A stretch of 64,000 nt of DNA from an uncultured Saprospiraceae bacterium (GTDB lineage: Bacteria > Bacteroidota > Bacteroidia > Chitinophagales > Saprospiraceae): assembly GCA_905480605.1 (NCBI GenBank), contig CAJQRD010000020.1:1-64000 (forward strand), written 5' to 3'. Positions 45,320 through 56,320 of the stretch are shown here, in pieces (the stretch's first letter is position 1; the number at the start of each line of letters is the position of its first letter). The notes beneath the pieces are model-generated. The model saw nothing but the letters and a program-made list of their open reading frames with translations. It made no database searches and was not told the origin of the DNA. Made by a program: the position numbers and the translations under genes.

Positions 45320-46816
45320 ATGCCGCAATTTACGGATATAGCATTATTTAATTATTTCAAATGGCGACAAAAGCGCATTGAAAACGTCTATAACCATCCT
45401 GAAAAATTCCAAAAGGCAATTCTTAAACAAATTCTAAAGACCAATAGCAAAACAGTTTATGGCAAGTTGCATGGTTTTGAAAAACTCAATGGTTATAAAG
45501 ACTTCAAGCATGTTCCAATGGTTAGCTATGAAGATATCTTCCTACTCATAAAGCGTATGATTGATGGTGAAAATAATGTTTTGACCAAGGATAAAATTAA
45601 GTGGTTTGCCAAATCATCTGGTACCAGCAATGACCGAAGTAAATATATTCCAGTAAGTAAAAAATATCTGCAAAGGGGGCATTTGAAATGTGCATGGGAT
45701 GCAGCCAGTTTTATTTACGACGAAGATCCTGAAGCAAAGTTGTTCGCAGATCGTAGTTTAATCATGGGTGGCTCTATTGAAAAACTATCTGAAACGAAGA
45801 TGGCAGGTGATATAAGTGGTGTGATAATTCATCATTTTCCAAAAATTGGCAGACGTTTTTACACACCAGATATTGAAACGGCTTTAATGTCAAATTGGGA
45901 TGAGAAAATAAATCGCATTGCTGAAATTACATCAAAGCAGAATGTAACATTGTTGGCAGGTGTTCCAACGTGGACGATAGTATTATTGAATAAAATTTTG
46001 GAAATAACAGGTAAGGATAACATTTCTGAAGTATGGCCAAACTTAAGATCATTTTTGCATGGAGGTGTTGGGTTTGAACCTTACCGCGAGACATTTAAAA
46101 AACTGATTCCTTCTGATAGAGTAGCATTGCGTGAAGTATATAATGCATCAGAAGGGTACTTCGCTTTGCAGAATCATCAAGCTGAGGACGGTATGTTGTT
46201 GCTTTGTGATCATCAGATATTTTTTGAATTTATTCCTGTTGAGGACATTAATTCTGTAAGCCCTGAATGCTTACCTTTACATCATGTTGAATTGGGTCAA
46301 AAATATGCCATGGTGATTACCAATACTTCGGGTTTGTACAGGTATCGAATTGGTGATGTTGTCAAATTTGTAAGTGTACATCCATTTAAAATAAAAGTTG
46401 TTGGGAGAGAAAAAGAAATGATAAATGTTTTTGGTGAAGAGGTTTCAGTGTTGAATACTGATAATGCCCTAGCGGATGTATGTAAGGCGTTAAATGTTGT
46501 GGTAAAAGAATACACTGTTGGCCCAATCTTTATGACTGATAGAAATAAGGGTGGTCACGAATGGGCAATTGAGTTTGAAAAGAAGCCAGCCAATATATCA
46601 ATATTTGAAATTGAATTGGATAAACGTATTCGACAAATAAACTCAGATTATGATGCCAAACGTTCTCATGATTTGGCCTTGCTTAATTTGAAAGTACATG
46701 TTTTGAAACCCAATTCATTTGAAAGCTGGTTAAGATCAAAAGGGAAATATGGTGGTCAAAATAAAGTACCACGGTTAAGGAACGATAGATATGTATTGGA
46801 TCAGTTAATACCTTAA
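45320..46816 (+). CDS. GH3 (auxin-responsive-promoter family) adenylating enzyme-like protein
   Basis: GH3-family N-terminus (FKWRQKRIENVYNHPEKFQKAILKQIL...) and typical length. Confidence 0.7.
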   Translation: MPQFTDIALFNYFKWRQKRIENVYNHPEKFQKAILKQILKTNSKTVYGKLHGFEKLNGYKDFKHVPMVSYEDIFLLIKRMIDGENNVLTKDKIKWFAKSSGTSNDRSKYIPVSKKYLQRGHLKCAWDAASFIYDEDPEAKLFADRSLIMGGSIEKLSETKMAGDISGVIIHHFPKIGRRFYTPDIETALMSNWDEKINRIAEITSKQNVTLLAGVPTWTIVLLNKILEITGKDNISEVWPNLRSFLHGGVGFEPYRETFKKLIPSDRVALREVYNASEGYFALQNHQAEDGMLLLCDHQIFFEFIPVEDINSVSPECLPLHHVELGQKYAMVITNTSGLYRYRIGDVVKFVSVHPFKIKVVGREKEMINVFGEEVSVLNTDNALADVCKALNVVVKEYTVGPIFMTDRNKGGHEWAIEFEKKPANISIFEIELDKRIRQINSDYDAKRSHDLALLNLKVHVLKPNSFESWLRSKGKYGGQNKVPRLRNDRYVLDQLIP

Positions 46817-47637
46817 TTTCCAATTGGTCCCAACTCAACACCTTCTGAGTAAGCAGCCATAATTCCATGTTCACTAAAGGCTTCTTTTACCTTGCCATAA
46901 ATTTCGAATGTTGCAATCCAGTAATTATCAGGAAGAATATAAGGACGGATTGCAATAACCAGATTGTGACTGTCATAAGTTTCAATTCCAACTATAGGTT
47001 CAGGATCTAACATGATACTGTCACACTTTTTTAATGCGTCAAAAATAATTTTTTTAACCTTTGGAAAACTTTCTGCATATCCCATTGTCACATTCAATTC
47101 CAGTCTTATTTTTCCTTTGGTACTGAAATTTGTGATGATATTATCTGTAACTTGACCATTGGGAATGACCAGTGTTTTATCATTTGGAGTGACCAAACTT
47201 GTATTGAATATTTTGATGCTTTCTACCTTTCCAAATTTCTCAGAAATCGAAACCCAATCACCTACACCGTACGGCTTAAAAAATAGAATAGTTAACCCAG
47301 ATGCAAAATTGCCAAGAAAACCTTGTAAGGCCAGACCTATTGCAAATCCTGCGGCAGCTAAAACACCAAATAAAGCTGATAATTTAATTCCGATAACGCT
47401 GGCAGAAACTGCAACAACTATTATTTTGAATATTATATCCATAATAGAAGTAAGAAACTCAGTAACCTCTGGTCCTAGTTTAGCTTTTTCTAATCCTGCT
47501 CTGAAGATTATACTTATTTTTTTAATGATGAAAAAACCAACATATAGTATTATTGCAGCCATGATGAACCTAGGAACAAACACTACTGCCCAATCCATAA
47601 ATTGATCTAAATACTTCTGTAATTTTTCTGGATTCAT
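46813..47637 (-). CDS. mechanosensitive ion channel (MscS family)
   Basis: Three TM helices then the MscS beta domain (GDWVSISEKFGKVESIKIFNTSLVTPNDKTLVIPNG). Confidence 0.8.
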   Translation of the reverse strand: MNPEKLQKYLDQFMDWAVVFVPRFIMAAIILYVGFFIIKKISIIFRAGLEKAKLGPEVTEFLTSIMDIIFKIIVVAVSASVIGIKLSALFGVLAAAGFAIGLALQGFLGNFASGLTILFFKPYGVGDWVSISEKFGKVESIKIFNTSLVTPNDKTLVIPNGQVTDNIITNFSTKGKIRLELNVTMGYAESFPKVKKIIFDALKKCDSIMLDPEPIVGIETYDSHNLVIAIRPYILPDNYWIATFEIYGKVKEAFSEHGIMAAYSEGVELGPIGN

Positions 47638-47762
47638 TTGTCAAAAATTTGATCAAATTTAGAATCTTTATATCAATTATTTAAATACTGCAAAAGAAAG
47701 ATTTATTTGAAGTCTTTAAAGTCGTGTATTAAGATCAATCTACCCCAATTATTAATTTATAT

Positions 47763-48314
47763 TTGATGAAGATAAAATCTAGATATGCCAAAACAAAAAT
47801 TGTGAAATTTTTTATTAATAGTTCTTTTTTTAGAAATAGTATCTATGCTTTGTTATTGATAATAACAGTAGTGTGGCAGAATTACAATAAGGAAGGATAT
47901 TATCATTGGTTTATAAATAATTTAATAGAAACCAATTTTAATTTCATCTATGTTCATGATAACAATTTGACATTTGATCAAAAAAACGAAATAAAACATG
48001 GGCGTACATACTTCTTTTTAAATTTGGTAAAGCAAAGCACACCTGAGGATGCCGTTATTTTATTTCCGGAGGCGCATGTTTTTAGAGACCCTAGCAATCA
48101 AGTTGAATTCAATAACCTTATGAATAGGAAGGGATATGTTACTTATTTCTTATATCCTAGGCAAATAGTATACGAAAGCGAAAAGGATAAAACTAAAATG
48201 TATAAGAAAATAACACATGTTGCAATAGTTAACAATTGGGGGTATGATAAATTAAGATATGATATAGCTGAAAAAATTCCTTATTCCGTTTTACCTATAA
48301 ATAAACAGAATTGA
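47763..48314 (+). CDS. hypothetical membrane-anchored protein
   Basis: One N-terminal TM helix and a soluble domain of about 130 aa. Confidence 0.3.
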   Translation: MMKIKSRYAKTKIVKFFINSSFFRNSIYALLLIITVVWQNYNKEGYYHWFINNLIETNFNFIYVHDNNLTFDQKNEIKHGRTYFFLNLVKQSTPEDAVILFPEAHVFRDPSNQVEFNNLMNRKGYVTYFLYPRQIVYESEKDKTKMYKKITHVAIVNNWGYDKLRYDIAEKIPYSVLPINKQN

Positions 48315-48315
48315 T

Positions 48316-48873
48316 ATGATGTATTTGATATTGATTTTGCTTTTTATTTTGGGGGGACAATTTAGTTTGATCGTTAGACCTAATCTCACAAGAGGTGAGC
48401 TGCTAGGCATTGCTTTCCCATTTGGACTTGGACTTTGGTCTGCGATTTTGTTTTTATTTGATAATGTTGGATTTGCAATAAATAATAAGTCCATATTGCT
48501 ATCATCTTGTATCCTGTTATTTGTGATTTTTTCAGTCTTAATTTGGAATCGAACTAATGAAACGGATATAACCTTTCCAAAATTGGACATTAGGAGTGCC
48601 TTAACGCCTTACTTGGAAGACCCAAAGGCAATAAATCCTTTTTATGTGACAATGTTAATGTTTGTGCTTTTTATAACATTTGTAATTGTATCAAAGACTC
48701 TTTATTGGCCCATTTTGAATTATGATTCTATCGATGGTTATGACCTGATTGCTAAATTAATTGGAAGCGAGGGGCAATACAACAATTTAGTTTTTTCTAC
48801 TGAAAATTTCCACTGTTCGTTCTTTTTATCCACCATTGCTTGTACATGCCTTGTCTATTGGCTATATTTTTGA
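48316..48873 (+). CDS. polytopic membrane protein, possibly the N-terminal part of a GT-C-like membrane glycosyltransferase
   Basis: Multi-TM; the loop LYWPILNYDSIDGYDLIAKLIGSEG weakly resembles ArnT/PMT first-loop motifs. Confidence 0.3.
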   Translation: MMYLILILLFILGGQFSLIVRPNLTRGELLGIAFPFGLGLWSAILFLFDNVGFAINNKSILLSSCILLFVIFSVLIWNRTNETDITFPKLDIRSALTPYLEDPKAINPFYVTMLMFVLFITFVIVSKTLYWPILNYDSIDGYDLIAKLIGSEGQYNNLVFSTENFHCSFFLSTIACTCLVYWLYF

Positions 48874-49699
48874 AGGTGAACATTCCAAAATTACAGCTGT
48901 AATATTTTTAATTTCTACGTTGATAACTTTGTATAATATGGTTTTGAAAAACGGAAACCATACTTTGGCAATTCTGTCGATTTTTTTACTTTGTATTATT
49001 CCAGATTTCATGGGGCAAAGTGCTTTGATTGCAAGCAATCCCGTAAGTGCATGTTATATTTTGATTGGCTTGGGTTTTTTCGATCAGTATTTAAAATCTA
49101 AAGAAAATAGTACCTTTTTGATCTCAATGCTGGCATTGGCTTTTACTATTTGGACTAGGACAGAAGCTGTGATTTTTGCTGTACCACTATTTTTCTTGCT
49201 CATCAATCGAAATGATATAAAGTCGTGCCTGCCTAAATTATTCACATTAACATTATTTACATTGGTTCCATTTACAGCTTGGCAATTATTTATTAAGAGT
49301 TTGAGTTCTTTGTCTTCGTCACAGCCGGTGATAAGAAGATTGTTTTTAGATATTGAAAAATTGACTGATCTTCTAGGACAAATAATAGTAATTATTTTCA
49401 ATACTGAAACTTACGCTTTAGGTTTTTTCTTTATTCTTTTTGCCGTTTTAACGAATATGATATTTTTTAAAAAATCGAAGGCAACACATGCGATGACCTT
49501 TATACTAATAGTTTCATTTGTAATGTATGTTTGGGTATACTACCAACTGGATACTGACTATAAAATAATCCATGTTGGATCTTGGATTGGCTCTGGATTC
49601 AAGCGTGGCCTTTTTTACTTTTTGCCAATTGGATGTTACTATATTGGGAACAGTTTTTTAATACAAAAATTACTGGGTCAAACTGCCTATGAAAATTAG
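48836..49699 (+). CDS. polytopic membrane protein, possibly the C-terminal part of the same GT-C-like protein
   Basis: It overlaps the previous ORF by 38 nt in another frame and starts at TTG. Either there are two genes or one frameshifted gene. Confidence 0.3.
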   Translation: MLVHALSIGYIFEGEHSKITAVIFLISTLITLYNMVLKNGNHTLAILSIFLLCIIPDFMGQSALIASNPVSACYILIGLGFFDQYLKSKENSTFLISMLALAFTIWTRTEAVIFAVPLFFLLINRNDIKSCLPKLFTLTLFTLVPFTAWQLFIKSLSSLSSSQPVIRRLFLDIEKLTDLLGQIIVIIFNTETYALGFFFILFAVLTNMIFFKKSKATHAMTFILIVSFVMYVWVYYQLDTDYKIIHVGSWIGSGFKRGLFYFLPIGCYYIGNSFLIQKLLGQTAYEN

Positions 49700-49891
49700 A
49701 AATGAAAAGAATAAAGTTTAATTTTTATATAACAACTGATCTCTAAGTTAAGTTGGATTAATTAATAAGGAAATGATTTGGCAAACGGTTTATCGATAAG
49801 ATATAAAAAAGCAATACGCATCCACACATCCACACATCAACACATTAAATCATCTAAGCATCATTGATCTTTTTTTTGTAGGTTTGAATAT

Positions 49892-50209
49892 ATGGATAAG
49901 AGTAATAATAAATTATCTCAAAAAATAGCGCAAGATTTAGATATGGATATATCTGAAACGTTATCTGACGAGGAAATGATCAAACATATCTCATACCGCG
50001 TAGAACAAATGATGAAAGGTGATCCAGATCTGTTAATGAGTTACTTATACCGCTTGGATGTCGAAGAAGAAAATATCAAAGCAGCTATGGAGACAAGTAT
50101 CACTCCGGCTCATATTACTTTTGCGAATTTGATTTGGGAGAGACAAAAGCAGAGAATGGAAACAAAGAAAAAATACAAGCAAGATCCTATTGAAGGTTGG
50201 GAATTATAA
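49892..50209 (+). CDS. hypothetical small acidic protein
   Basis: ORF only; it lies upstream of recO. Confidence 0.3.
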   Translation: MDKSNNKLSQKIAQDLDMDISETLSDEEMIKHISYRVEQMMKGDPDLLMSYLYRLDVEEENIKAAMETSITPAHITFANLIWERQKQRMETKKKYKQDPIEGWEL

Positions 50210-50221
50210 ATTGAATTCAAT

Positions 50222-50932
50222 TTGTCACAAACATTAAAGTCAGAAGGTATTGTTTTTAAAAGTCTCAAGTATTCTGAGACAAGCTTAATTCTTGATGTGT
50301 ACACCAAGGAGGCAGGACTTCATTCATTTATAGTAAGTGGTGTTAGGAAGGCCAAGTCAAAAATGGCAAATGTATACCACCCTATGAATATAATTGATTT
50401 CGTGGCTTATTTTTCAGATGATAAATTGTCTAGAATCAAGGAAGCACAATTTGCAGTTCGCTATGATGACATGACATTCAATGTTGTCAAATCTTCTATT
50501 GCCATGTTTGTTATCGATTTGGCAAGGAATGCTATTCAAGAAAAGGAAGCAAATTTAGAATTGTTTTCTTTTTTAAAATCTTACCTCATAGCAATCGATC
50601 AAAGTGAATTAAATATTAAATATGTTCCTTTGGATTTTACAATAAAACTGGCGCGGTATTTAGGATTTGGAATACAAGATAATTATACACTTCTAGACAG
50701 GTATTTTGATATGAAAGAGGGCGTATTTGTTGATAAGAACGTAGGGCATAATTATATAATGCCAGAACATTTAAGTGAGAAATTACACGAATTGTTGAGT
50801 GAAAATAATTATTCATTGAATAAAAATGAACGAAATGATCTCCTCGATCAATTGATCAATTACTATAGATACCATATTGACGGTTTTAGACCTTTGAAAT
50901 CTTTAGCTGTTTTAAGAGCCATTTTGTCGTAA
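50222..50932 (+). CDS. recO: DNA repair protein RecO
   Basis: N-terminal OB fold (EGIVFKSLKYSETSLILDVYTKEAGLHSFIVSGVRKAKSK), matching the RecO family. Confidence 0.85.
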   Translation: MSQTLKSEGIVFKSLKYSETSLILDVYTKEAGLHSFIVSGVRKAKSKMANVYHPMNIIDFVAYFSDDKLSRIKEAQFAVRYDDMTFNVVKSSIAMFVIDLARNAIQEKEANLELFSFLKSYLIAIDQSELNIKYVPLDFTIKLARYLGFGIQDNYTLLDRYFDMKEGVFVDKNVGHNYIMPEHLSEKLHELLSENNYSLNKNERNDLLDQLINYYRYHIDGFRPLKSLAVLRAILS

Positions 50933-51016
50933 ATCAAGGCATTTAAAATGGTACTTTTCGATATTATTAATCATATTTGCCCTTCCCGGAATTACATTTA
51001 CTATAAATAAAACATT

Positions 51017-53020
51017 ATGCCGGCAAATAAAGTGAAATCTCATATAAAGTATAGCGCAAAGGGCGTAAGTAAAAAAGTGCAACTTGAGTTGTATAAAAAG
51101 TTATTGAGGCCTCGTTTGATTGAGGAAAAAATGCTTTCATTGTTGCGCCAAGGCAAAATTTCCAAGTGGTTTTCTGGCATTGGTCAAGAAGCAATTTCTG
51201 TTTCTTGTGCTTCAGTTTTGGAGGATGATGAATGGATTTTTCCAATGCACAGAAACTTAGGTGTCTTTACAACTAGAGACGTTCCTCTTCATCGTTTATT
51301 TGCGCAATGGCAAGGTAAGCCTGCGGGGTTCACTAATGGAAGAGATCGATCTTTTCACTTTGGAACCAAAGAGTATAATATTTGGGGAATGATTTCGCAC
51401 TTAGGTCCACAATTGTCTTTGGCAAGTGGGATTGCATTGTCTCATAAATTATCTGGAGAGAAAAAAGTATCGATTGCTTTTACTGGGGAAGGTGGTACAA
51501 GTGAAGGCGAATTTCATGAAGCTCTAAATGTGGCGGCAGTGTGGCAATTGCCCGTAATTTTTGTTGTAGAAAACAATGGTTATGGTTTGTCAACTCCAAC
51601 CAATGAACAATTCAGATGTGAACATATTGCGGATAAAGGAATCGGATATGGTATCAAATCATACAGATTGGATGGCAATAATATTTTAGAAGCTTATTCG
51701 CATTTAAATAAAATTGTAAAGCAGATTCGTAAAAAACCTGAACCTATACTAATTGAGTTTGAGACTTTCAGAATGCGTGGGCACGAAGAAGCTTCAGGCA
51801 CAAAATATGTTCCTCAAGATCTTATGGACAAGTGGGCAAAGAAAGATCCAATTTCAAATTTTGAGACATATTTGATCAAAGAAGGTATGATCGAAGAATC
51901 TGAAGTTGAAGTTTTAAAAGCAGGAATTAAAAAAGAAATCAAAGACAATTTAGAAAAAGCATATGCATCTGAAGAGTTGATCTCGGATGAAGAAATTGAG
52001 GTAAGAGATGTTTTTGCACAACATGATTTTGTACCCTCAGAATCTCAAGACGGGATAATGGCAGGGGCTAGATTTATAGATGCTATTACTTCGGGATTGG
52101 AACATGCCATGGAAAAATGGGACAGAACGGTTTTGATGGGGCAAGATATCGGAGACTATGGTGGTGTTTTTAAAATTACAGACGGTTTTACTGAAAAATA
52201 CGGTGTAGAAAGAGTGCGTAATACTCCTTTATGTGAGAGTGCTATTTTGGGAGTAGCATTAGGGCTAAGTATGAAAGGACATAAGTCGATGGTTGAAATG
52301 CAGTTTGCTGATTTTGTAACTTGTGGATTTAATCAAATCGTTAATAACTTTGCTAAACTTCATTACCGTTGGGGACAAAATGCTGACATTGTTGTAAGAA
52401 TGCCTTGTGGTGGAGGTATGGCAGCTGGACCTTTTCATTCACAAACAAATGAAGCGTGGTTTGCACATACTCCAGGGTTGAAAATTGTATATCCTTCAAA
52501 TCCTTATGATGCAAAAGGATTGCTTATAGCAGCATTTGAAGATCCAAATCCAGTGATGTTTTTTGAGCACAAAGGAATGTATCGTACTTTGTCTGATGAT
52601 ATTCCTAATGGATATTATAATGTAGAAATAGGTAAAGGTGCTTATGCCAAAAAAGGTGATACTTTATCTATAATCACATATGGAATGGGAGTGCATTGGG
52701 CAATGGATGCTGCGGAGCGGTTAGGGATAGATGCTGAAATTGTTGACTTAAGATCTATCCAGCCATTGGATTATCAGATTATTGAAGAGACTACGAAAAA
52801 GACAAGTAAAGTATTAATTTTACATGAGGACAGTTTATTTGGGGGTATTGGCGGTGAAATATCAGCTTATATTTCTGAAAATTTATTTGAGCATTTAGAT
52901 GGACCTGTAATTAGAGTGGCGGGTTTAGATACGCCAATTCCATTTGCTGGTGTGCTCGAAGAAAAATATATGGCAACTTATAGACTTGATGACGCCATGA
53001 ATAAATTGATAAATTATTAA
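51017..53020 (+). CDS. branched-chain alpha-keto acid (2-oxoisovalerate) dehydrogenase E1 component, fused alpha+beta subunits
   Basis: TPP-binding alpha part (GEGGTSEGEFHEALNVAA, ENNGYGLSTP) and transketolase-like beta part. Confidence 0.9.
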   Translation: MPANKVKSHIKYSAKGVSKKVQLELYKKLLRPRLIEEKMLSLLRQGKISKWFSGIGQEAISVSCASVLEDDEWIFPMHRNLGVFTTRDVPLHRLFAQWQGKPAGFTNGRDRSFHFGTKEYNIWGMISHLGPQLSLASGIALSHKLSGEKKVSIAFTGEGGTSEGEFHEALNVAAVWQLPVIFVVENNGYGLSTPTNEQFRCEHIADKGIGYGIKSYRLDGNNILEAYSHLNKIVKQIRKKPEPILIEFETFRMRGHEEASGTKYVPQDLMDKWAKKDPISNFETYLIKEGMIEESEVEVLKAGIKKEIKDNLEKAYASEELISDEEIEVRDVFAQHDFVPSESQDGIMAGARFIDAITSGLEHAMEKWDRTVLMGQDIGDYGGVFKITDGFTEKYGVERVRNTPLCESAILGVALGLSMKGHKSMVEMQFADFVTCGFNQIVNNFAKLHYRWGQNADIVVRMPCGGGMAAGPFHSQTNEAWFAHTPGLKIVYPSNPYDAKGLLIAAFEDPNPVMFFEHKGMYRTLSDDIPNGYYNVEIGKGAYAKKGDTLSIITYGMGVHWAMDAAERLGIDAEIVDLRSIQPLDYQIIEETTKKTSKVLILHEDSLFGGIGGEISAYISENLFEHLDGPVIRVAGLDTPIPFAGVLEEKYMATYRLDDAMNKLINY

Positions 53021-53029
53021 ATTATTATA

Positions 53030-53587
53030 ATGGATTACGCAAATATTAAAGCTAAAGTTGATAATTACAATTCGATTTTAGATAATACTAAAAACTATCG
53101 AAAAGCTTGGGATGATGGGTTGTCAAAAATGATAATAGATAATTTGACTGCTATTATCAAGGGCACCAAATTGGCTGCTTTTATAGACCTCAAGGACGAT
53201 ATAGAGAATCTTGAAGCCATTACTCTATCATTAGGAACAGAGGTGAGTGGTATTGCAGAAAGAATACCAGGTAGTAAGTCAAAACGTCCATTTATTAAAT
53301 CTAAGGGGTCATTAATTTTCCAACAACTTTTTAATGGTAAATTAATGATGATGATAATGTATCCTCATATTGAAGGTTATGGTCAACCCAAACCACCCAG
53401 AACTCTCGAGATTTTGCGTCCTGAAGAAGTTAAAGAGGCATATATTGTTAGATATGTGGAAGAGTTTATGAAGGAGATGATTGAATGGGAAGATTTTGAT
53501 GATGACGTACCTGAGAAAATGGGTATGGCTCCTATTGGATTTGGAGTTAATAAAGACCTCATTACTGATGAACTTATGGAAGGGTAA
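53030..53587 (+). CDS. hypothetical protein
   Basis: ORF with plausible coding composition; no family recognised. Confidence 0.35.
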   Translation: MDYANIKAKVDNYNSILDNTKNYRKAWDDGLSKMIIDNLTAIIKGTKLAAFIDLKDDIENLEAITLSLGTEVSGIAERIPGSKSKRPFIKSKGSLIFQQLFNGKLMMMIMYPHIEGYGQPKPPRTLEILRPEEVKEAYIVRYVEEFMKEMIEWEDFDDDVPEKMGMAPIGFGVNKDLITDELMEG

Positions 53588-53594
53588 GTTTTAA

Positions 53595-53628
53595 AACGTT
53601 TGACGTTACTCATATAACGTCAAACGTT
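53595..53628. terminator. Hairpin AACGTTTGACGTTA-ctcata-TAACGTCAAACGTT between convergent genes
   Basis: 14-bp perfect stem, read directly. Confidence 0.5.
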
Positions 53629-53731
53629 AATTTAGCAGCTGATTTTTGTAAAAGTATAGTTGGTTTTCCTGACTCCGTACAATAAAATAAAGGAAAAAGT
53701 ATTTCATGATTGTTATGCTTATGAGTTAATT

Positions 53732-54841
53732 CTATATTAGAAATTTACCCTTTTCATATATTAGCGTTCCGTCAGCATAGATCTCTCCAGATTCTGTCAT
53801 ATCGGTGATCATGTCCCAATGAATACCAGATTGGTTTTTGCCACCCGTTTGTTTGTATGATTGTCCAACTGCCATGTGTATTGATCCGCCAATTTTTTCA
53901 TCGAAAAGAATATTCCTGGTCGTTCTCTGGATATTATAATTTGTTCCGATTGCAACTTCTCCAAAGAACTTAGCGCCAGGTATTTTAAAAACTTCATCTA
54001 ATACTTTGTTGCCTACTTCAGCATCCCATTTTACAACTTCTCCATTTTCAACCCAAAGCGTAATGCCTTGTACATCCTGGCCCATGAAAATTGAAGCAAA
54101 AGTAAAGTGTACTTTTCCATTGACTGAATCTTCAACTGGTCCAGAGAATACTTCTCCAGATGGCATATTGGTTTGACCATCAGAATTTATCCATGTTCTG
54201 CCTTCTACTGAAAAACTAATATCAGTATGATCAGCTTTGTATCTAACAAGACTCACCTTATCCATATATTCTTTGATGTGCTGTTGTTGTGCGCGCACTT
54301 TTAACCATTCTCCTTCTGGGTTGTCTGAGAACAAATGGCAAGCATTGAATACAAACTGCTGGTATTCTTCCAATGACATATTAGCAGCTTGAGCATTGGC
54401 TTGCGTTGGGTATTGACACAATGATCTTTTTAGACCGTTAGGTGCGTTTCTATCTGCTGTTCTTTCAAAGTATATATTGTTGATAGGGGTTAAAGCTTCT
54501 GTTCTAATCTTGCGTTTTGCTTTGTCAATATTGTTGGTTTCATTAAGATTAAATGGGGCCCTAATATTAAGGTAAGCATCAAATTCACTTATTGCTAATT
54601 TGTGAAAGGTGGGTTCTTGTCTTAATAGCGAATCAGGAGCATTGTCGTAAAGAATTTTGCCTTGTTCTCGGAAGCTAAATGCCACTTCTACATGTACACC
54701 TATTTTAGTTGCTTCTCTGTAAATTTCTCTAACTAATGGCTGAGCCAATGTAGTTGTTGATATATATAACTTCTCACCTTGCTTTAGTTCTAAAGAATAG
54801 TGGCAAAGCAGTTTAGCATACTTTTCTAAGATGTTTTTCAT
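53732..54841 (-). CDS. aminopeptidase, M29 family (AmpS/PepS-like)
   Basis: 369 aa; conservation typical of M29 thermophilic metalloproteases. Confidence 0.8.
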   Translation of the reverse strand: MKNILEKYAKLLCHYSLELKQGEKLYISTTTLAQPLVREIYREATKIGVHVEVAFSFREQGKILYDNAPDSLLRQEPTFHKLAISEFDAYLNIRAPFNLNETNNIDKAKRKIRTEALTPINNIYFERTADRNAPNGLKRSLCQYPTQANAQAANMSLEEYQQFVFNACHLFSDNPEGEWLKVRAQQQHIKEYMDKVSLVRYKADHTDISFSVEGRTWINSDGQTNMPSGEVFSGPVEDSVNGKVHFTFASIFMGQDVQGITLWVENGEVVKWDAEVGNKVLDEVFKIPGAKFFGEVAIGTNYNIQRTTRNILFDEKIGGSIHMAVGQSYKQTGGKNQSGIHWDMITDMTESGEIYADGTLIYEKGKFLI

Positions 54842-55088
54842 GTAATTTTTTTGTCATATAAATGTAGAGAATTTTGAGGAGATAGTATCAATGATTTTAT
54901 GTCAAGAATTTTATAATGCTTCAATGCTTCATTGCCAACAACGTGCAATATGAAATCAATACAATTAACTTTTCGGGAGTAGATGTTTTATAAGAACTCT
55001 AAAGCTCAAATTGCGATTAATTAAATATTGGCCAAATTGATGACTTTTTTATAATTAGAGTATTGAAGCATGGTTGACAATTTAAAGA

Positions 55089-56177
55089 CTATATCTGCAC
55101 TCGATTTGTGGAACGACCAGATTTTACGATATAATCCAATTGCATCATTAGATTTCTTTTTCGTGTGCCTGGTGCTAAAACGAATGTATCTATATAAATA
55201 AGTCTTTTATTGTCTTCATCGACAATCATGTAAGTTGTAAAAGGTCCACCAGCAAATGCCTTGCTCATTTCCCAAACACCTCTTATCTCTTTTGTATATT
55301 TCCCATCGAGATTGAAAGTATATTCATATACAGGCAAATCTTTTTCGTTGACAACCATTACGTCATCTTCTTCATCAGACGTGATGTATTTGCTGCCAAA
55401 ATCGTTTCTGATTTTTATAATATTTGATTTGGATAGCTGTTCTTGATTTGTATATGGAATTGATTTTATGACAATATTTTGAATAGCGTCTCTTGAATCA
55501 TTCCTCAACCAAATGGTATTCGAACTTTCACTTTCGATTACCAATTTGTATTCTCCAGGAACTGTCATGTCCAGACCATATTGATCCTTTATTTTTTCTG
55601 TAAATCGTTGATTAGTTCTATCTATATAAATAGAAGATTCTAATTGTTTTTCATCATGTTGATTGACGCGCCTCGCAACAGCAGAAAAATGATTTTTGAT
55701 GCTTGCCGATAATGTTTCTTTATCAGATCCGAAAAGGTAGAAAAGTATTTGCCCTCTTGCCCATTTGTTTTTACCAACGGATGAAGTTGGACCTTCACCA
55801 AGTTTTGCAGAGCGAGACTTTTCTGAACCCATATCTTTCATGACCATTTTGGTGGTCGGCGATTCCTCATCAGACATGTCCGCTAAAATGGCATATGTTC
55901 TCAATTCCTTTCTCAAGGGCTGTGAGATCAACTCAGCTACCGTAAAATGTCTCAGGTCAAAAACAGGCTCAGGATTTGGCAAAATAGGGTAGGCTGATTG
56001 AAAATAGTACTTAAAAGTATCTCCAATAGCTCCTTTCCACATGTCTTCATCAGCTACTACTACTATTTCATTCATCTTGCCAAGGGCGGCACCTTTGGGT
56101 TCCAATTGATTGGTCATTTCACTATTACAAGCTAGAATAGTGAAGCAAAATGTAATAAATAATAGTTTCTTAATCAT
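55089..56177 (-). CDS. hypothetical lipoprotein (DUF4837-like)
   Basis: Lipobox ILACNS; no catalytic motifs. Confidence 0.4.
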   Translation of the reverse strand: MIKKLLFITFCFTILACNSEMTNQLEPKGAALGKMNEIVVVADEDMWKGAIGDTFKYYFQSAYPILPNPEPVFDLRHFTVAELISQPLRKELRTYAILADMSDEESPTTKMVMKDMGSEKSRSAKLGEGPTSSVGKNKWARGQILFYLFGSDKETLSASIKNHFSAVARRVNQHDEKQLESSIYIDRTNQRFTEKIKDQYGLDMTVPGEYKLVIESESSNTIWLRNDSRDAIQNIVIKSIPYTNQEQLSKSNIIKIRNDFGSKYITSDEEDDVMVVNEKDLPVYEYTFNLDGKYTKEIRGVWEMSKAFAGGPFTTYMIVDEDNKRLIYIDTFVLAPGTRKRNLMMQLDYIVKSGRSTNRVQI

Positions 56178-56320
56178 AATCTTGTGTTTTTAAACACGTA
56201 ATAAGCACATATTTGGGGTTTACTCATTTAAATAATAAGAAAACTCACCCCAAATATATAATTAAAGATGCTTTTAGATTAAGAAATGGTGGGTTTGTAT
56301 AGATTAAATTTTGGTCGTAG

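Noticed and set aside
49790-49830. Short CACACAT / CATCCACACAT microsatellite-like repeat
   Set aside because: Only about 3 copies of a 6-7 nt unit in an intergenic region; too short to interpret.
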